64,000 bases of DNA from Camelus dromedarius. Taxonomy: Eukaryota. Below are positions 12,421 through 26,545 of the stretch, one piece after another. A program made the position numbers and the translations under genes. The stretch spans positions 19,840,001 to 19,904,000 of the forward strand of contig NC_087457.1 of NCBI RefSeq assembly GCF_036321535.1, in the 5' to 3' direction. The notes beneath the pieces were generated by a model. The model ran no database searches. It had not been told where the DNA came from and worked only from the letters and a program-made list of their open reading frames with translations. How positions within the stretch are numbered: the stretch's first letter is position 1; the number at the start of each line of letters is the position of its first letter.

Positions 12421-13740
12421 ATCTTTCACTCTTCATCTGCCAAGCACAAGAATTCCATTCATCCAGACATTATTTTGTATGCAAATATTTGGCTTTGTGG
12501 TTGATAATCTCTCTTCAGTATATTCAGGTGAAAAACACTGTTAACTCGAACTTTTGCCTTTGGAGATATACACCCATATGTATGTGTGTGTATATAGATC
12601 ACATATACATGATATATATATACATATATGTGTATATATATGTCATTCAAGAGCCAAATAACATAAATATCTTGATCATTTAAAACTCTTGCTCATCTTA
12701 GGACTGTCCTCAAAAGGAAATACAAATCATAAGTGAGTTTAAGCGTACACAGATTATTTGTGTGTTCAGTCTGCCTTAACTAGTTTGATGATAGATTTCA
12801 CTGACCTATCTAAAGTAGGCAATTTGAAAATGTCGATCTATTATTAATACTGGATCAAAGAGTGTCTTTTCGGATCCTTCTCCTTTACTTGCCAGCATCA
12901 CAGCGGAGTCCCACTATCTGAAGTGGAGGGGAGCGTGTGGCGGTATTATTAGAAGGTCCTTAAAAAACCCTTGCTGTCTTATTAAAGCCTCATTGGCCTA
13001 CTTGAGGAATTTCATATAAACAGTCAAATGATTTGGGGAAAAGGGCATTAACGTGGACAAAGGATGCAATCAAAATAACATTAGAGTGAGAACCAGGCAA
13101 ATGGCCTATTTAAGTTAATTTTTAAATTGTCACTAAGGTGATGAAATGACTCGATCATGTCCCAGGACCTAAAATCATCTAACACATGTCTTGGGCTATC
13201 AATTTGGTTTGATCCTCCTTTCTCACATCCCTACACAGGATCATGTGTGATTCCTGTTTCTTGTTTGCCTTTCTGTGTCCTTCCAAATTCGAGATGTCAA
13301 GACTTCCTCTGGGTTTTCACTGACCATCAACTGAACAGGCAAAAGCTGGCAGTAATCCAGAGAGAAAACCCAAATATAAATCAGCTAAGAATAGTAATGT
13401 ACTTGTATATTAATGGTCACAAAAAGAATAAGCACTGATGGATTTTTTAAAGTAAAAATAAATGGGTTTGGAGGAGGACAGAGGGTCTAACGCAATAGTT
13501 GTTGATCTTAGTGGGGGACAGTGCTCCTTAAAAATGAGCAGTGAGCACTTAGTCTGGGAGGGAGAGGGAGAGGGGGGTGTAACCACTGGCTGGCAGCTGC
13601 AGTCTAGAAAGGACAAGTTAGAGCAAGCCTGAGCATTTATATCCTATTGTGTAGGAAATCTGAAATAACCCTAATGAGAGAAGCTACGTTTTCTTACTAT
13701 AACACACAGTGTTCTATCTGTAGTCCTCCCCATGGCGGAG

Positions 13741-13890
13741 TATACTTATTGTTCCCATTTTGCAGATGAGGAAAACTGAAGCAGAGAGCAATCAATTAAA
13801 TTGCCCAATGTCACATACACAGTAAGAATCACACATTTCGTAAGGGTAGGGCTGAGATTCAAACCCAGACAGTCTGACCCCCATCCTGTG
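13741..13890 (-). mobile_element. MIR SINE
   Basis: cccattttgcagatgaggaaaactgaagc...ttgcccaatgtcac...gagattcaaacccagacagtctgac, the MIR core. Confidence 0.75.
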
Positions 13891-16842
13891 CTCTGACCCA
13901 GACAACCACTCATGGTGCTGGCAGATTACAAGAGCCTTTCACGGCAGGTGTGACTATCCCCTTTACAAATAAACTTTAGTAAGATTAAGCAAAGATTTCA
14001 CAGTTAGACAATAACTGGACAGGAATCCCTAACATATTTCCCCCATCTTTTATATTTTTTCATTTGTTAAGTCCGTTTCCATTTGATTTTAATTTTAGAA
14101 AAAATAGCCACAAAATGCTCCATGATCACTTTTCTCCAACTCTTCAATCCTCTAAAAGTTGTATTACTATTTTCCCATTTTGAAGGTAGGAAAATAGAGG
14201 CCTATTCAGATATTTCATTCCTTTGGTTTGTTTACTGAACCCTGCTATGTGCCAGAAACACAGGCTGTAAGGCATGAGTGTCAGGTGTGTTAAGTATATG
14301 CACAATATTAGAATTAACTGAGCTGAAAGTGCCAAACTGGCAGTTTTCATATTCTTTATGCACTGACCACCGCATTATATTGTTTAGTTTGAAAAAAGTA
14401 ATTTACAAAAACCCCTTGCAGAGAACCACAATGCATATTAGCATAGTTGAGGCTTCCCCTAAAGTAAACTGTAATTTGATTTCACTGAGCTTGCCCTCGA
14501 CATATTAACATTCTCTAGCACAAGCATTCTGTGGAACACATTTCAGCAAACAATGCATCTGAGAGAATAAAATGCAGAGTCCTTAGGACGGCATGCATCC
14601 CTCCCTTCAGAAATTCTCTCAAGTATTTTTCAGCCTCATCCCTTGCAACTGTTCTGCAATTTGCTGTTTTAAACAACGCTTTCATTAGGAATTACATAAT
14701 TACAAGTAATGATCACATCCCTTGGATGTAAACTTAAGATTTCAATATCAACTGTAATCCTTTTCTAAAGAAAAATGCATGAAAATAGGCTTCATTTTGT
14801 CAATTCAAAGTGCACATGAGATAAGTGTTATCACACACCCATCCAAAAGATGGAAAGACCATGGGGGTGGAAAGAAATTACAGAAACGAAACGTCAGCAG
14901 ACCTCCAGTCAAAATGCTCAACTCCTCTCATCCCAATCTTGACTCAAAATTATGATTAGTGGTTTGATATTACAGACTCCATATTTGCAACCTCAGTCAT
15001 CTACAAAACTGGAGTGGGAATATTACAGAAAGACTCTCATCAACCAAGGATTGGAGTTATAACGCAAACAGAAAGCATCTGACATGGCGTGGGGAATGCA
15101 AACATGGAAACCTGAGAGAGCTAATCAAACAGAAAATACCAACTGTGAATTGTCCTATTTTTTATTCATAACATGCGCCCCGCAGGATGTGATGCCCCGG
15201 TAGGAATGTGAGTCATTTCAGTTATAACCCACATCCTGTCCCCCTCCAGATGCAGGTATTTCCCAATGGACTATGCACTTGTCATCACTCTGTCTGGGTG
15301 GGAAGAGAGCTGTAATATAATCTGTATGACCAATCGGATGGAACACTGCGGAGAGCTGACTGTGAAACTGGATCTCTGGCCTGGCAAATCAATATATGTT
15401 TTGTCTCTTCTTCAACCAGGGCTGGGGGAAAAAAATTTACCCCAACCCAATTAATTATTAATTAGTTCACATGTAACAATATATTATCTCCACCTGGAAC
15501 AGATTTATTTTTCTCTAGGTATTACCTCTGTATAGAAAAGACAGAGGGTCACTGTGGTTCACCTGTAGCCAGTGTAACTGAATGCTGAATTACATGAAAA
15601 ATTTACATTTTTATTTATGCTCACCCAGCAGGGAATCTGGCTGAATGACAGGCATTTCTCTAATGAGCTAATCATACCACTTCCATTAGATTTTCTATTA
15701 ACATATGTAGAGGGACACCATGAGTAAAGGTTTGCCTTTCTACTCTTATTTAATTACAAAGAACCCTAGCAATACTTAAGGCTCACTAATGTGGGCCCAG
15801 TGGGATTTCTGAGATGCTCTGAATATGTGTGTAAAAGCTGTCCCATTTTCCATAGGTGTTCTCTTAAATATATATTATGTAAATATGTATATATATTCCT
15901 AAACGTCTAAGTGTTTGCCGTCACTAGTGACTTTCTTATGCACTTGTGAAAACATTAAATTAGCAATTACAGTGGAAATGTATTTCATTGAATAGATTCT
16001 TTTGTTTCGGGGCAATCTGACGAGAACTGTCATATGTTATTGTGTCTCCTCGGGTGTGTATTTGTATCAAAAGTGCAAAAATCCTCTTCTTCTCCAATAC
16101 ACAGTTACTTTAGCTTTTCTCAGAAGAAGCTAGAAATAGTTTTAAAAGCACAAGTTGATGTAAAATATCTTGACTGTTGTACTTACTTGTAGATATTTTA
16201 TTTGCATTAACCAATAAAGTTTAGGATCTTTTTGTAATAAGTATTATTTAAAAAAGTATTAAAAATACACATATTAAAAATTTGTATGTGTATGAATTGT
16301 ATAAGATAGTTTAAGTCATGTTTAAGTGTATTTTTTTTTAATGTTGCTAGACGAACACAATCCTGACTTTCATCTCCATTCTGGGTGTGACAGGACAGGA
16401 ATTACCCCCTTTCCTTTCAGAGAGCCACCTCCCCTGAGACTCAGGAAAACCGGGCAAATTCGTATTTGGGGTCTGTTATCTTTGTCTAAAGGAAACCAAA
16501 CTAACCATTTAATAACAGAGTTGTCTTTAATGGGTTAAAAAAGGGATATTATTAAGTAGAACAAAAGATGTATTTTAAGATGAAAAAACTGTTAATACTG
16601 TTAATAGTCTAATGACTATCTGAAGGCGGGTGTGTGTGAAAATACAGTGCTAATATTGAAAGAGCATCATTCTCTATGTCCTTGGAACACAAGCACTCTT
16701 GTTCTCCTTCCTGACCTGCTCCATCTGCACGGTGCCCGCCCACTGTCAGGGCTGGGGACGGGGCAGCGGGGGGTGTGAAGTAAGAGGGACGGAGCCCGGC
16801 CCTGCTGTGGCTCCCTCACACGCTCAGCGGGACCGCGTCCCA

Positions 16843-16858
16843 GCAGCAGATGGTGCTC
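16843..16858 (+). promoter_or_regulatory. CTCF-like motif
   Basis: GCAGCAGATGGTGCTC within a locally GC-rich patch; two departures from consensus. Confidence 0.4.
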
Positions 16859-18154
16859 TGGCACGTGCAGCCCTGACTGCCTCCCACCCCAACCCTCCCC
16901 TGCGACGGACGCAGCCTGAGCTATGGCACATCCCTGAGCATCGGTGCGCTGACGAAAACTGATGATGTGGGTTTGGTCCTTGGAGTTCACTAATCAACAG
17001 GTAAAATGAAAACCACCAGTGACCACTTATCTAACCGTTAGAGTTAGGTCGGCCCACCCTAACCCAGACCAGATGCTAAGTCACATTCCTTCTCTATGTT
17101 CCCAGAGCCGTGTAGCCTTCCTTTTGAAATTCGTCACACACACTTATTTCCTTAGCACATCTTTTCTCTACCAGAGTACAGGCATCACGAGGGCAGGAAC
17201 CCTGTCCACCCCTTTCACCCGAACCTGACAATGCCTGGCGGAGCGCTGGCCCCATCAGGGGTGCCCAGGATGGGACAGTCATTCATTGTTGCAGGGCTCG
17301 GGGCACGAGGGGTGCTCAGAGGAAGTTACAGAGAACCAGGCAGCCCTGGGGGGAGAAGAGGGTTATCATAAACAAGGTGACACAAGGCTGGACCTTAGAG
17401 GGTGGCATGCTGACCGGTGAGGAGGGCAGGGAATTTGGACAATGGCGAAGAGAAAGAAAAGCTCAGAGTAAACTGACGGCAACGACAGTAACAGTGATGG
17501 TGCCATTTATCATGTGGCCACTTTGTGCTGAGAACGTTCATGTTTCCAGTTTCATTAACTGTCACACTGACCTGAGGGGCAGGTGTGACTGAGCCCCATT
17601 TGTAGATGTGGGAACCGAGGCCCAGGAGGTCAGGCTGCCTGCCACAGTCATGTGCCACAGAGCAGGGGTCCTCAGCTTTGCACGTGGATGTGTCTGTACA
17701 ACCCCCTGGTTCTACCTGCTCCATGGGGAGGTGGCTCTTGCCAGAGGGAGAAAAAGGCAGAGAAAACAGCAGAAGCAGGCTGCAGTTTTGATTCTCATGG
17801 CCTTGAATGCCACGCTAGAAGTTGAGACTTCAACCTCTACTGCTAGACAGCCTTGGACAACTTCTGGGCAGATGCTTTGGAAGATTACTCTGGAGCAGAG
17901 GGGTCGAAGGTGTGGTGGGGAGGAGACTGAGGTTTGGAGGAGTCATGGTGAAGAGGTGGGACAGCAGGTTTGGAAATGAAAACAAGACACGTGCAGAGCT
18001 AAGACAGAATAAGCCAGAATCTGACTGGAGAGCCAGGGAGAAGAAAAGGAGGAAACGGCTCCCACATTCCCACCTGGCTGCCTGGGAGGCTGTGAACAGA
18101 GAGCCCAGCAGAGGGGCTGTGATGGAGAGGACTGCGCGGTCAGGGTGGAACTAG

Positions 18155-18170
18155 GTCGCCCTCTTCTGGA
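18155..18170 (-). promoter_or_regulatory. CTCF-like motif
   Basis: Reverse complement TCCAGAAGAGGGCGAC, a near match to the core. Confidence 0.5.
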
Positions 18171-21078
18171 GAATAAAAGCCTCTGTCAGCTGTGGCGACA
18201 GCACTCTCCCAGCACCGTCTAAAGGTCTTTCCAGAACCAACTGACGCTGTTGACAGTGACTTTCAAACACCTGGTAACGAACAAGTTAGTAAGTAGGTAG
18301 CAATTCAGACAAATCTGTTCAGAGACAAGAGGCTGTCAGAGCAAGCTGCTATTCCTTGGTTTCCTCAAGTCCAAAACAGAGCATCATAGTAGCTTCTCTG
18401 GTGACTTTTTATGGGGATTCAAATGATATATGTGAGGTAAGCAGCAATTATTAATCAACTGATAAAAGGTAGCTATTGTAAAGGTTACTTATGATTTCAT
18501 GATATTGTATGCTAACTATTTGAACTGATAGATGTCTTTCAGTTTTTGGAAAGAAATTTAAAAGTTTCTTTATAAAGCTCTCCCATTTAATGTCTTACAT
18601 AAGCATATTTCAGAAAACTAACACAAAGGGGAAAAAATCATCCATTACCCTGCAACTCTAACACAATCTCATCACCATCTTTTCTTCCAGCTTCCTTTTC
18701 TAGGCACTTTTCCCATAATTGAGGTCAAGAGTGTACATAAAAGTTTGCTTTTTGTTTCTTTCAGTTTATGTCTTAATACAGGAACTTCATCTAGAGTCTG
18801 ACACAGAAGCTGTTCCAACTATGTCACACTCAGGGCGGTGGGCTGAGGGCGGGAAGGGGAGGGGAGAGCTGGGGAAGGAGGGAAGTGTCAGGGGTCAGTG
18901 AGTGCTCCAGAAGGCTGTGTCAGGATCAGCTGACATTCCAAGAAGCAGAGGGTATCAAAGGCCAATGAGGGGAAACAGCAGGAAGTGCCGAGAGATTCCG
19001 CACGTTATGGTCTAAGGGTGAAAGGTGCTTAACCAATCTTTGGTCCAATTTCTCTTCTATAAATCACAGATGTTACATGCACCTACTTTTATAGGGTTGC
19101 TGGTGGGGGAGGGAGGGTAGTCAAATTAATATATGTAAAGCGCCCAGCACATAGGGAAGATGTGATTACTAAAGTGGTAAGATTCCATGAGTCAGGATCT
19201 AGGATTTCCCAGAAAATGTTTGGCAGACTAGGAATTCTTAATAGACTTCTGAAGCATACAGTTTACGCCCTAAAATAAACTAACTCGTGACTAATTTCTA
19301 TGATATAGGACAGTCCGTCTGGGCATCAGGTCAGTGTGGAGCTGATTATTAATTGAAACCGTTGGTAAAATAAAAAACCCCAATGCCAACAGGACCCAGG
19401 TGGGTCACCTAAAGGCAAGATGCTGGGAGGACCAGGAAACCTGGATGGTGCAACCCCACCTCCAGGGCGCAGCAGATCCTGGGCTCGTGGTTGCGCTGTG
19501 GGAGTGCAGACCAGGTTGCCAGGTGACAGCCAGAGGACATTTTCATCCCTCATCAGCATTACTGTGCCCTCCTACATGAGCAAGCTGAGGCCATGAGGAC
19601 AGTTTTGGAAATGTACACACACAGACCAACAGGGGCCAGGTTCCCAGCATAGGAGGGAGAGTTCCACTTCCTGTCTTATCCTCAACTATTGAGGGTTATT
19701 TAATTTATAAATGAAATAGAAGTACACATTGACATACAAAACGTCTCAAGCCGTCCTACACTAGAGCCCAGAAACCCACTTAAAGTTATTCAGCCCAGTT
19801 GTCCCCATACTATTTGACCTGGAAGCTTTGCCTTCCATGTTAAATGTATTAACACCACCCCACAGAGCACACTTGGGGAAAGGTTGCTCAGCTGTCAAAA
19901 GGAAGATCCAAGCAAACCAACCAACAAAAACAAAGGGGATGCCGTTATGGTGCCACGCCTAGGGCAGCCCAGAGCTGTTCCTGCAATGGTGCTGACAGGC
20001 CACCTGCCATTCCTGCGTCAGCAGCTGGGACACCACGGTTACTCTTGAGCACCTGTCTCTACCTCTCCTCCCTGCTCAGCACACGGGGAAGAGGTCTGGG
20101 CACCACGTTAAGCACTTAAAAGTGTGAGTGCCCCTCTGAATCCCTGGAAACACTGGGTTTTGGGGTTTTGTTTTTTACTGTTTTTCTAACAACTGCCTGG
20201 TGACAGCAGCTTTATGAGTACATGAAAGATAAGTATCTCCTCTGATGTTGCTTAAATATACTTGGTATTGTTGGAACCCGGCAAATGGTGCTATCATGAA
20301 TTATAATGACAATAGCATATTTCTCACTTTATCTTCTTTACCAGTTTGTGAACAAGGACGGCAAGATGTGGCAGTCTTAGACTAGATTTCTTGTCTGTAA
20401 AGTGGGCCTAATAATATTTATCTTTCAGAGTTTTGTCAGTGAGAACTTTTTAAAGATGAAATAAAAAGGCAAACGTGTGTAAAGTTCCTAAAACAACACT
20501 GGAGATGGAGCAGTACCCAATCAATGACAGCTATTGGTATTCTTTCTACACCTCCTGTTAACATTAAACTCTCAGATGATGGAAAAAATCATGGATCCGA
20601 AGTAGGTACAATCACTAGAGTAAATCACAGACTTGCAGTGTCTGTGGTTGATTGAAATTTTTTAAAAGGTTGGAAGGATTTTAGAAATGGTCTTTTACAG
20701 ATGGGGAAAAAGAGAAACTGAGGCTGAGAAAAACCAAGCAACTTGCACATGTTTTTCACGGGAGCGTAAATTACCAACCTCCGACATTAGGATCTCACAC
20801 TAAGAACACCAAAAGCTCAGTGGAAAGTTCAAAACTGAACATGACTCACCTAAAGTGAAGAAACTCATAAATCCTCACTTTACAAGGTCCCAGAGATTCT
20901 GTCACTTACACATTTGCCTGGTTAATAACATACATTTGAACTTTTGGTACACCGACAGACCTGCTGCAAATGTGGCCAGTATTTCATTTACGTCCCTGTT
21001 TGCCTGTGTTTCTCAGCCCACAGGTTTTCTGAAGCAAGCATGATAGGAAATCAGGCGGCAAAGCGTCAGCCCGTCCCA

Positions 21079-21094
21079 CCACCAGGTGGCGCTA
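21079..21094 (+). promoter_or_regulatory. CTCF motif
   Basis: CCACCAGGTGGCGCTA, essentially the consensus core. Confidence 0.75.
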
Positions 21095-22713
21095 CACGCG
21101 CTCGGGGAGGACCTGGGGAAGCAGGCAGAGGGAGGCACAGCCCAAGCTAGCGGAGAAAACAGGAGAAATTTAACGTCCTGGTTCCATTTTAAATGTTCAT
21201 ACTGTGCCACGAAAGCAGATGAATTAAATTTGCTATTATCCTGCATACTTAAATCTAATTAAATGTAATAAAAATAGAGCACAGCTGGAGAAGCGGCCGC
21301 CAGCCCAGCATCATCTGTAGGCTGAGGGTGGATCCTGACAGAACATCGTCTCCAAGCCCTAGACAACACCCCCCACCACCAACACCCGCCTTCCCTGAAC
21401 TGAACAGGAAGTGAACCCGTTCAGGGGCTTCTTTCTAAGAAAAAAAATCAACCATCAGTAATACGATTTTAGAGACAGCGAGAGCTGAATGATAAGAGCT
21501 GGTGAAGGAAAACCATTTGGGAAGAACTTAAAGGGGACTTAATGTCGGGATAATAAAGGGAAACTGAAGAGGACGAAGAGCACATGTAACGTAAAATCAG
21601 AAAGAAAAACCCATGTTTCAGAGCAACAAAGTGAGGCCAGCTGAAAAGTGAGGCTTTGAGTAGAACTCAGAGTTGTAAAATTTCAGAGCTGGAAGGAAGT
21701 CTTACCAGGAGGCACAATCAGGCCTGAGAACTAAGTAATTTGCTCAAAACTACACAGATAATTTGTGGAAGGCAAGCACTGGGCTACCCGGCATCTTTCC
21801 ACCAAAACACATGGCCCTCCTCATGCCTACTTGAAAACCTTTCACAAAATCCAATGGAATCCACGTAGATTCTGTCTTCTGTCTTCTCTTCTGTCTCCAC
21901 GTGCCCTGTGCACACACGTCCCCCACTCAGACAATTCAGGAAACTGAAGGAAGCCATGTGAACTGTCCACAGCGGGTACATCTGCCACTGATAAGACATC
22001 AAACCAAAGGCTGGAAATCCGCACTGTTCATGGTCTCACAGGGAGCCTGACTCAGCTGTTTGACTCTGGTTAGTAATCAGTTCCATACTCACAAAAGAAT
22101 GCCAGAACACAAACAGAAGGAAAGAAAAATACCACACACACACACAACCATTTTCCTTAGGAAGAAGAATTATTCCAAGAACTTTAAAGAGAGGCCCAGC
22201 TAATTGAAAGGATTTTGCAGGAAATTTGGTTAACTATTCTGTGACACTAGTCTTCGCCAGCCTGGGGTGGTGACGTGGTGAGGCAGTGGTTGGGATCATT
22301 CAAATACATCAAAACTGTATTTTACCTCAATTATACTTACATTTCAAGTGAACGTATTTTGGACCTAAACATTTCTGATAGTTATCAGGTGTTCTGTGAT
22401 CTGATGGAGTGCTGGGCAGACAGGAACTGTGTGATCTTTGGCAGGGCAACTAACTCTTCTGAGGCTCTTTCTTCTTCTATCAAAAGGGGACTGAATAACT
22501 ACTACCTCATAGGATAGGTCTGAGGAATAAGAAAAAGCAGATGTCCTACAGTGCAAAGGAGCATCCGTAAATGTTAGCCACCTCCCCTTAATATAATTTA
22601 ATAATTCAATTCCTGGGTGTGGATTTGGCCTCAACTAAAGAGAAAAGTGAGAAGAAAATGTTTTATTTTCTTTGGAGCCAATGCTGAGTTCTTTTAAGCC
22701 AGAGGCTCTAGGC

Positions 22714-24076
22714 CAGAGGTTCTCCAAACACTTTGGTCTCAGAAGCCACTTACACCCTTTTTGGGTTTTTTCCCCATTTACACTCTTAAAAGAGGATTCT
22801 GAGCAGGTTTTTTCTTTTTTCAACATGAGTTATCAGTATTTACCATATTAGACATTAATACTAAGAAATTTTTTTAAATATTTACTTAAAAGTAAACATA
22901 ATGCATCACATGTTGACATAAATTATGACAAATAACGATCTTCCCAAACAAAAAAAGTTTAGTGAGAAGAGTGATGTCATTTACAAATCTGTCATGTCTG
23001 GCGTAGGAGAAAAGAGCTGGATTCTCATACCTGTTCTGCTTCTATATTCAATCTGTTGTAATATCTTGTCTTAGCTGAACTTTATGAAGAAAAATCAGCC
23101 CTCGTATGTGGGAGGAGTAATTTAATTTTTTTTTTTAAAGATAATTGTACATACTCTTTGATACTACAGCCAAACTCAGTAAATACTCATTTCTTTGAAG
23201 CTAATTTTCAGTGTGGAATCTGCAACCTTGTCAATGGACTTTTTAAACTCTCTTATATGAAATCTATTGGTCTATTTTGCTCTTTAAACAGATCATTTTC
23301 CCTTGCATCGGTAGCATTTGGAAAATACCGATTCACTGAGTTATAGAGATCATTCCAAATGCTGACATATTTTATTACCCAACATCAAAAATCGCATTGT
23401 TAATAATATATCACCACCAATCTCATAAGAATAGTCTCCGTAAAGAAGATGTCGAGCTTCCTGTGATAGACACAGGTTATCCGTAATTCCAATATTCTCT
23501 TGAAAGTTAAAATCTATCACTGGCAACTGACAGTATCAGTTGTTTTACTTGACTTTATTCCTTTTTAGCAAAATATCTGTGAAATGCCCACATCTAAATA
23601 ACAATAGTTTGTCTTTCATCCTCTAAAGTAGAAACGTTGTTCCATGACCCCCCGCAGAAGATAATTTAGCTCATGATTCAATTGCCAAGGGTCCTTCCTC
23701 AAGAAAACGGACACATTTCACTGATCAGCAGAAATGCTCCACGTGTATTTCCCCTTTCACTGCACAGAACACGAAACAGACACGTGCTGTCGGTCGAGGT
23801 TTCACAAGATGAACAGCTTTCGCTGATCGGTCCCGGGCGGTCTTCAGTGAAAGCGGAACCTGTTTTGCTGTGAGAGTGTGGGAGGGCTTGCTGCGCTGCC
23901 TTGGGTCACGCCACAGCCTCTCTTGCTTCTGTGCCATCAGTGGAAATGTCACCACAGTGAAAAGTCAACATCTTAATGCTGTTATGAAAATAGCTTTGAT
24001 CTTACAGACTCCCCTAAAGGGTCTCAGAGACACTCCCACCCCCGGAGCTCCGCGGACCACACTCTGAGAACCTCTG
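22714..24076 (-). mobile_element. Charlie1a-like hAT DNA transposon, near full length, degenerate
   Basis: Perfect 11-bp TIR cagaggttctc/gagaacctctg; degenerate 8-bp TSD ctctaggc (22706-22713) and ctccagcc (24077-24084); interior resembles Charlie1 transposase remnants. Confidence 0.8.
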
Positions 24077-24152
24077 CTCCAGCCCCTCCCTACACCCTGA
24101 TGCTCCTCTTCCCTCGGCTCTCCAGCCCCACCGCTCCCCTCAGCTACTCTAA

Positions 24153-24169
24153 GTCGCCCTCTAGCGGCA
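24153..24169 (-). promoter_or_regulatory. CTCF motif
   Basis: Reverse complement TGCCGCTAGAGGGCGAC matches the CTCF core CCDSYAGRKGGCR. Confidence 0.65.
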
Positions 24170-24239
24170 CTCAGGAGAACGTCCTGTTTGCCCGAGTACT
24201 CTCGTTTACAATCGACTACACTCTACTTTCAACAACCAC

Positions 24240-24760
24240 CACCACAATGACTGCGTACCTATGACACGCCAAACACTGTTCTAAATGAGAAAAACACAGT
24301 CATCAAGAAGACAAGCAAAGTCCTTGCTCTCATTAGCCTTCTATTTTAGAGGGACAAGAAGTGACAATAAACTTGCAAATAAATGAACATGAAAGAGACT
24401 TTCCAAGTCCCGTGATAACCATAAAAAAAAAAAAAAAAGACAGATGTGATGGAGAGAGACAGATGAAGCTGTGTGAGATGGCCCCAAAACGATAGGTGTC
24501 ACATCTGTGCACCGACTGTGACTAAGGGTAATTCCTGGGTGGAAATGGCTGGGGTAGAACTGGAACACTTCCTGAACAGCAGGGATGGGAGGAAGAGAGA
24601 AGGTGTGGTTCTTTGTATCTGAAAGGAGGGCTACCTCAGCCCTTAGAGGGAGGACGGCAGCTCCCATCACCCCTGGCTGAACCAGTAGCCCATGGTGTGT
24701 CTGAGAGAGACTGCTCAAAGATCTGATCAAAAACGTGTTCTTGCTTAAAGTCAAAATCAA
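24240..24760 (+). mobile_element. L2 LINE fragment
   Basis: Degenerate L2 3'-region motifs (caaacactgttctaaatg..., aaagtccttgctctcatt..., aataaac); boundaries approximate. Confidence 0.45.
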
Positions 24761-25990
24761 GTGAATAAAATGAAAGTCATGCTTTTCTGCACAAATTCTA
24801 ACTGTTCAAATATTTTCCTTCAACTTTTTCATTTAATTGTTTCAGTATAATTAAGCTCACGGAGAAGAGAAACAAAAGGAGCTGAAATTCTAACCCAGGT
24901 AGAATTTCCATTATGTAGCACCCACTCATTTATTTTTAGGTGAAAATTTATCCTGTTTTGTAACCTTCCACCCAAGGCCTCCATGGAAGATAGTAAGCAC
25001 TGATAATGTTAAATTTTAAAAAGCTGAGATTTCACATTTTTGGTTACTTTTCTTTGGCTCTGCATGACCAAAGAACGAAGCATTCAGATGGCTTCCCAGA
25101 GAACACCAGTCCTCATGGACACTGTTCACAACATCATAGGAAAGAACACTTCTGTAGTGCTTTATGTTTTTCAAGGCAGGTGATAATCGCCTGGATGGGA
25201 GGAACCTCATCTTCTTTACCTGTGAAGACCCTAGAGCAGTGCCTCGTCCATAACATTCAATTAGTTTGTGGAGTGGACCAGCTATCCTCTCATTTTCTCC
25301 TTTTCCCATCTCTGTATATCTTCCCCTACTCAGAGACAGCATCCAAGATATTGAGTCCCTTTGCTTGGTTCAACCCCAAGTTTCAAACCAATCCACAGGA
25401 GACCCTAAACACCACAGGAACTCCTTGGCTCTGAATCCATACATCAAACACAATGAGTGTCTCTTTTAGGTGATATTCCACAAGAGGAAAAAGGCAAATA
25501 TTTTAGCTCAGTTCTGATAACACACAGATCTATTTCTGTTTCCTGTCTGACCTCATGCATATGAGGACTTTTGACAGAAAGAAGGCAATTTGTTTCAGAA
25601 ATGTTTTCTTTCATTTAGGGTTTTGTTTGTTTTATTTTCTGAACTTGCAGCTCACTGACTGAGCCAAATAATTAAATCATGAATCTGGCATTTTAGCATG
25701 TAGATTACATCTTTTTAAAGTTGTTTTTATATGTGGAGTTTACATGAAACAAATGTACAGGGAAGGATAAACTCTTGGACTTGTAGCCAATAGAGCTGGC
25801 CCATTATAAAACCCTAGATGTCATTTATTTCTAGACTTAGAATAGATGGATGAAGCCAATGACTTGTTTTCCACAAGGCTTTGAGGGGTACTGTACCTTA
25901 AAGAGGTTAGCACAGATACAGGTCTGGAATACCAAAGTTTAATTCTGCCATGTTGGATCAAGCCCAGGAAAAAACTGGCTTCCGAGTTAG

Positions 25991-26092
25991 GTGACGTTAA
26001 GAGTTACATTCGTTATCCTTTATAGTGATGTTAAGAGTTACATTCGTTATCCTTTATAGTGACGTTAAGAGTTACATTCGTTATCCTTTATA
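25991..26092. repeat. 34-bp tandem repeat, 3 copies
   Basis: GTGACGTTAAGAGTTACATTCGTTATCCTTTATA x3 (25991-26024, 26025-26058, 26059-26092); one C>T change in copy 2. Confidence 0.97.
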
Positions 26093-26545
26093 GCTCAAAG
26101 TCACCCTTTCCTACCAAAGAGACATAATTCTCAAGGAAAATAGATGATCACTTCCTAAGTTACACTGCTTCCTAAGAAACAGACTAGTACATGGAGAGAG
26201 AATAAAGGGACGGAGGCCCTTACGTGGTTGGCTAGAGGAAGATTTGTTTAAAAGAAGGTAACATTTTAGCTGAGATCTAAAGAATAAGGAGAAGCCAGCT
26301 GTGTGACACTGAATCTACAGACCTAGTGCCAAAGAAGATGGAGGCGAGTGGAGGGAGGTAGAAGGAGAAACCATGCACGACCCACAGGCGTCCACCCTGT
26401 GTACCTGGCTCAGGAGGGCTGACGTGCACAGAGATGGCTGAAAGTGGGAAGAGGGAGGGGGATGGCAGGAAAACCAGAAGTTATGTCTGGGTATGTCATG
26501 TTTGTAATGACTGTGAGAATTCCAAGGGGAGATGTCAAGCAGATA

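Noticed and set aside
16750-17000. Possible + strand exon (tgtcAG|...CAG|GTAAAA) downstream of TRMT9B
   Set aside because: Isolated, with the pyrimidine tract far from the AG; may lie within the TRMT9B 3' UTR; no partner exon identified.
18836-18900. G-run cluster with G-quadruplex potential (similar runs at ~13555 and ~41600)
   Set aside because: Common in mammalian DNA, with no associated feature to give it meaning.
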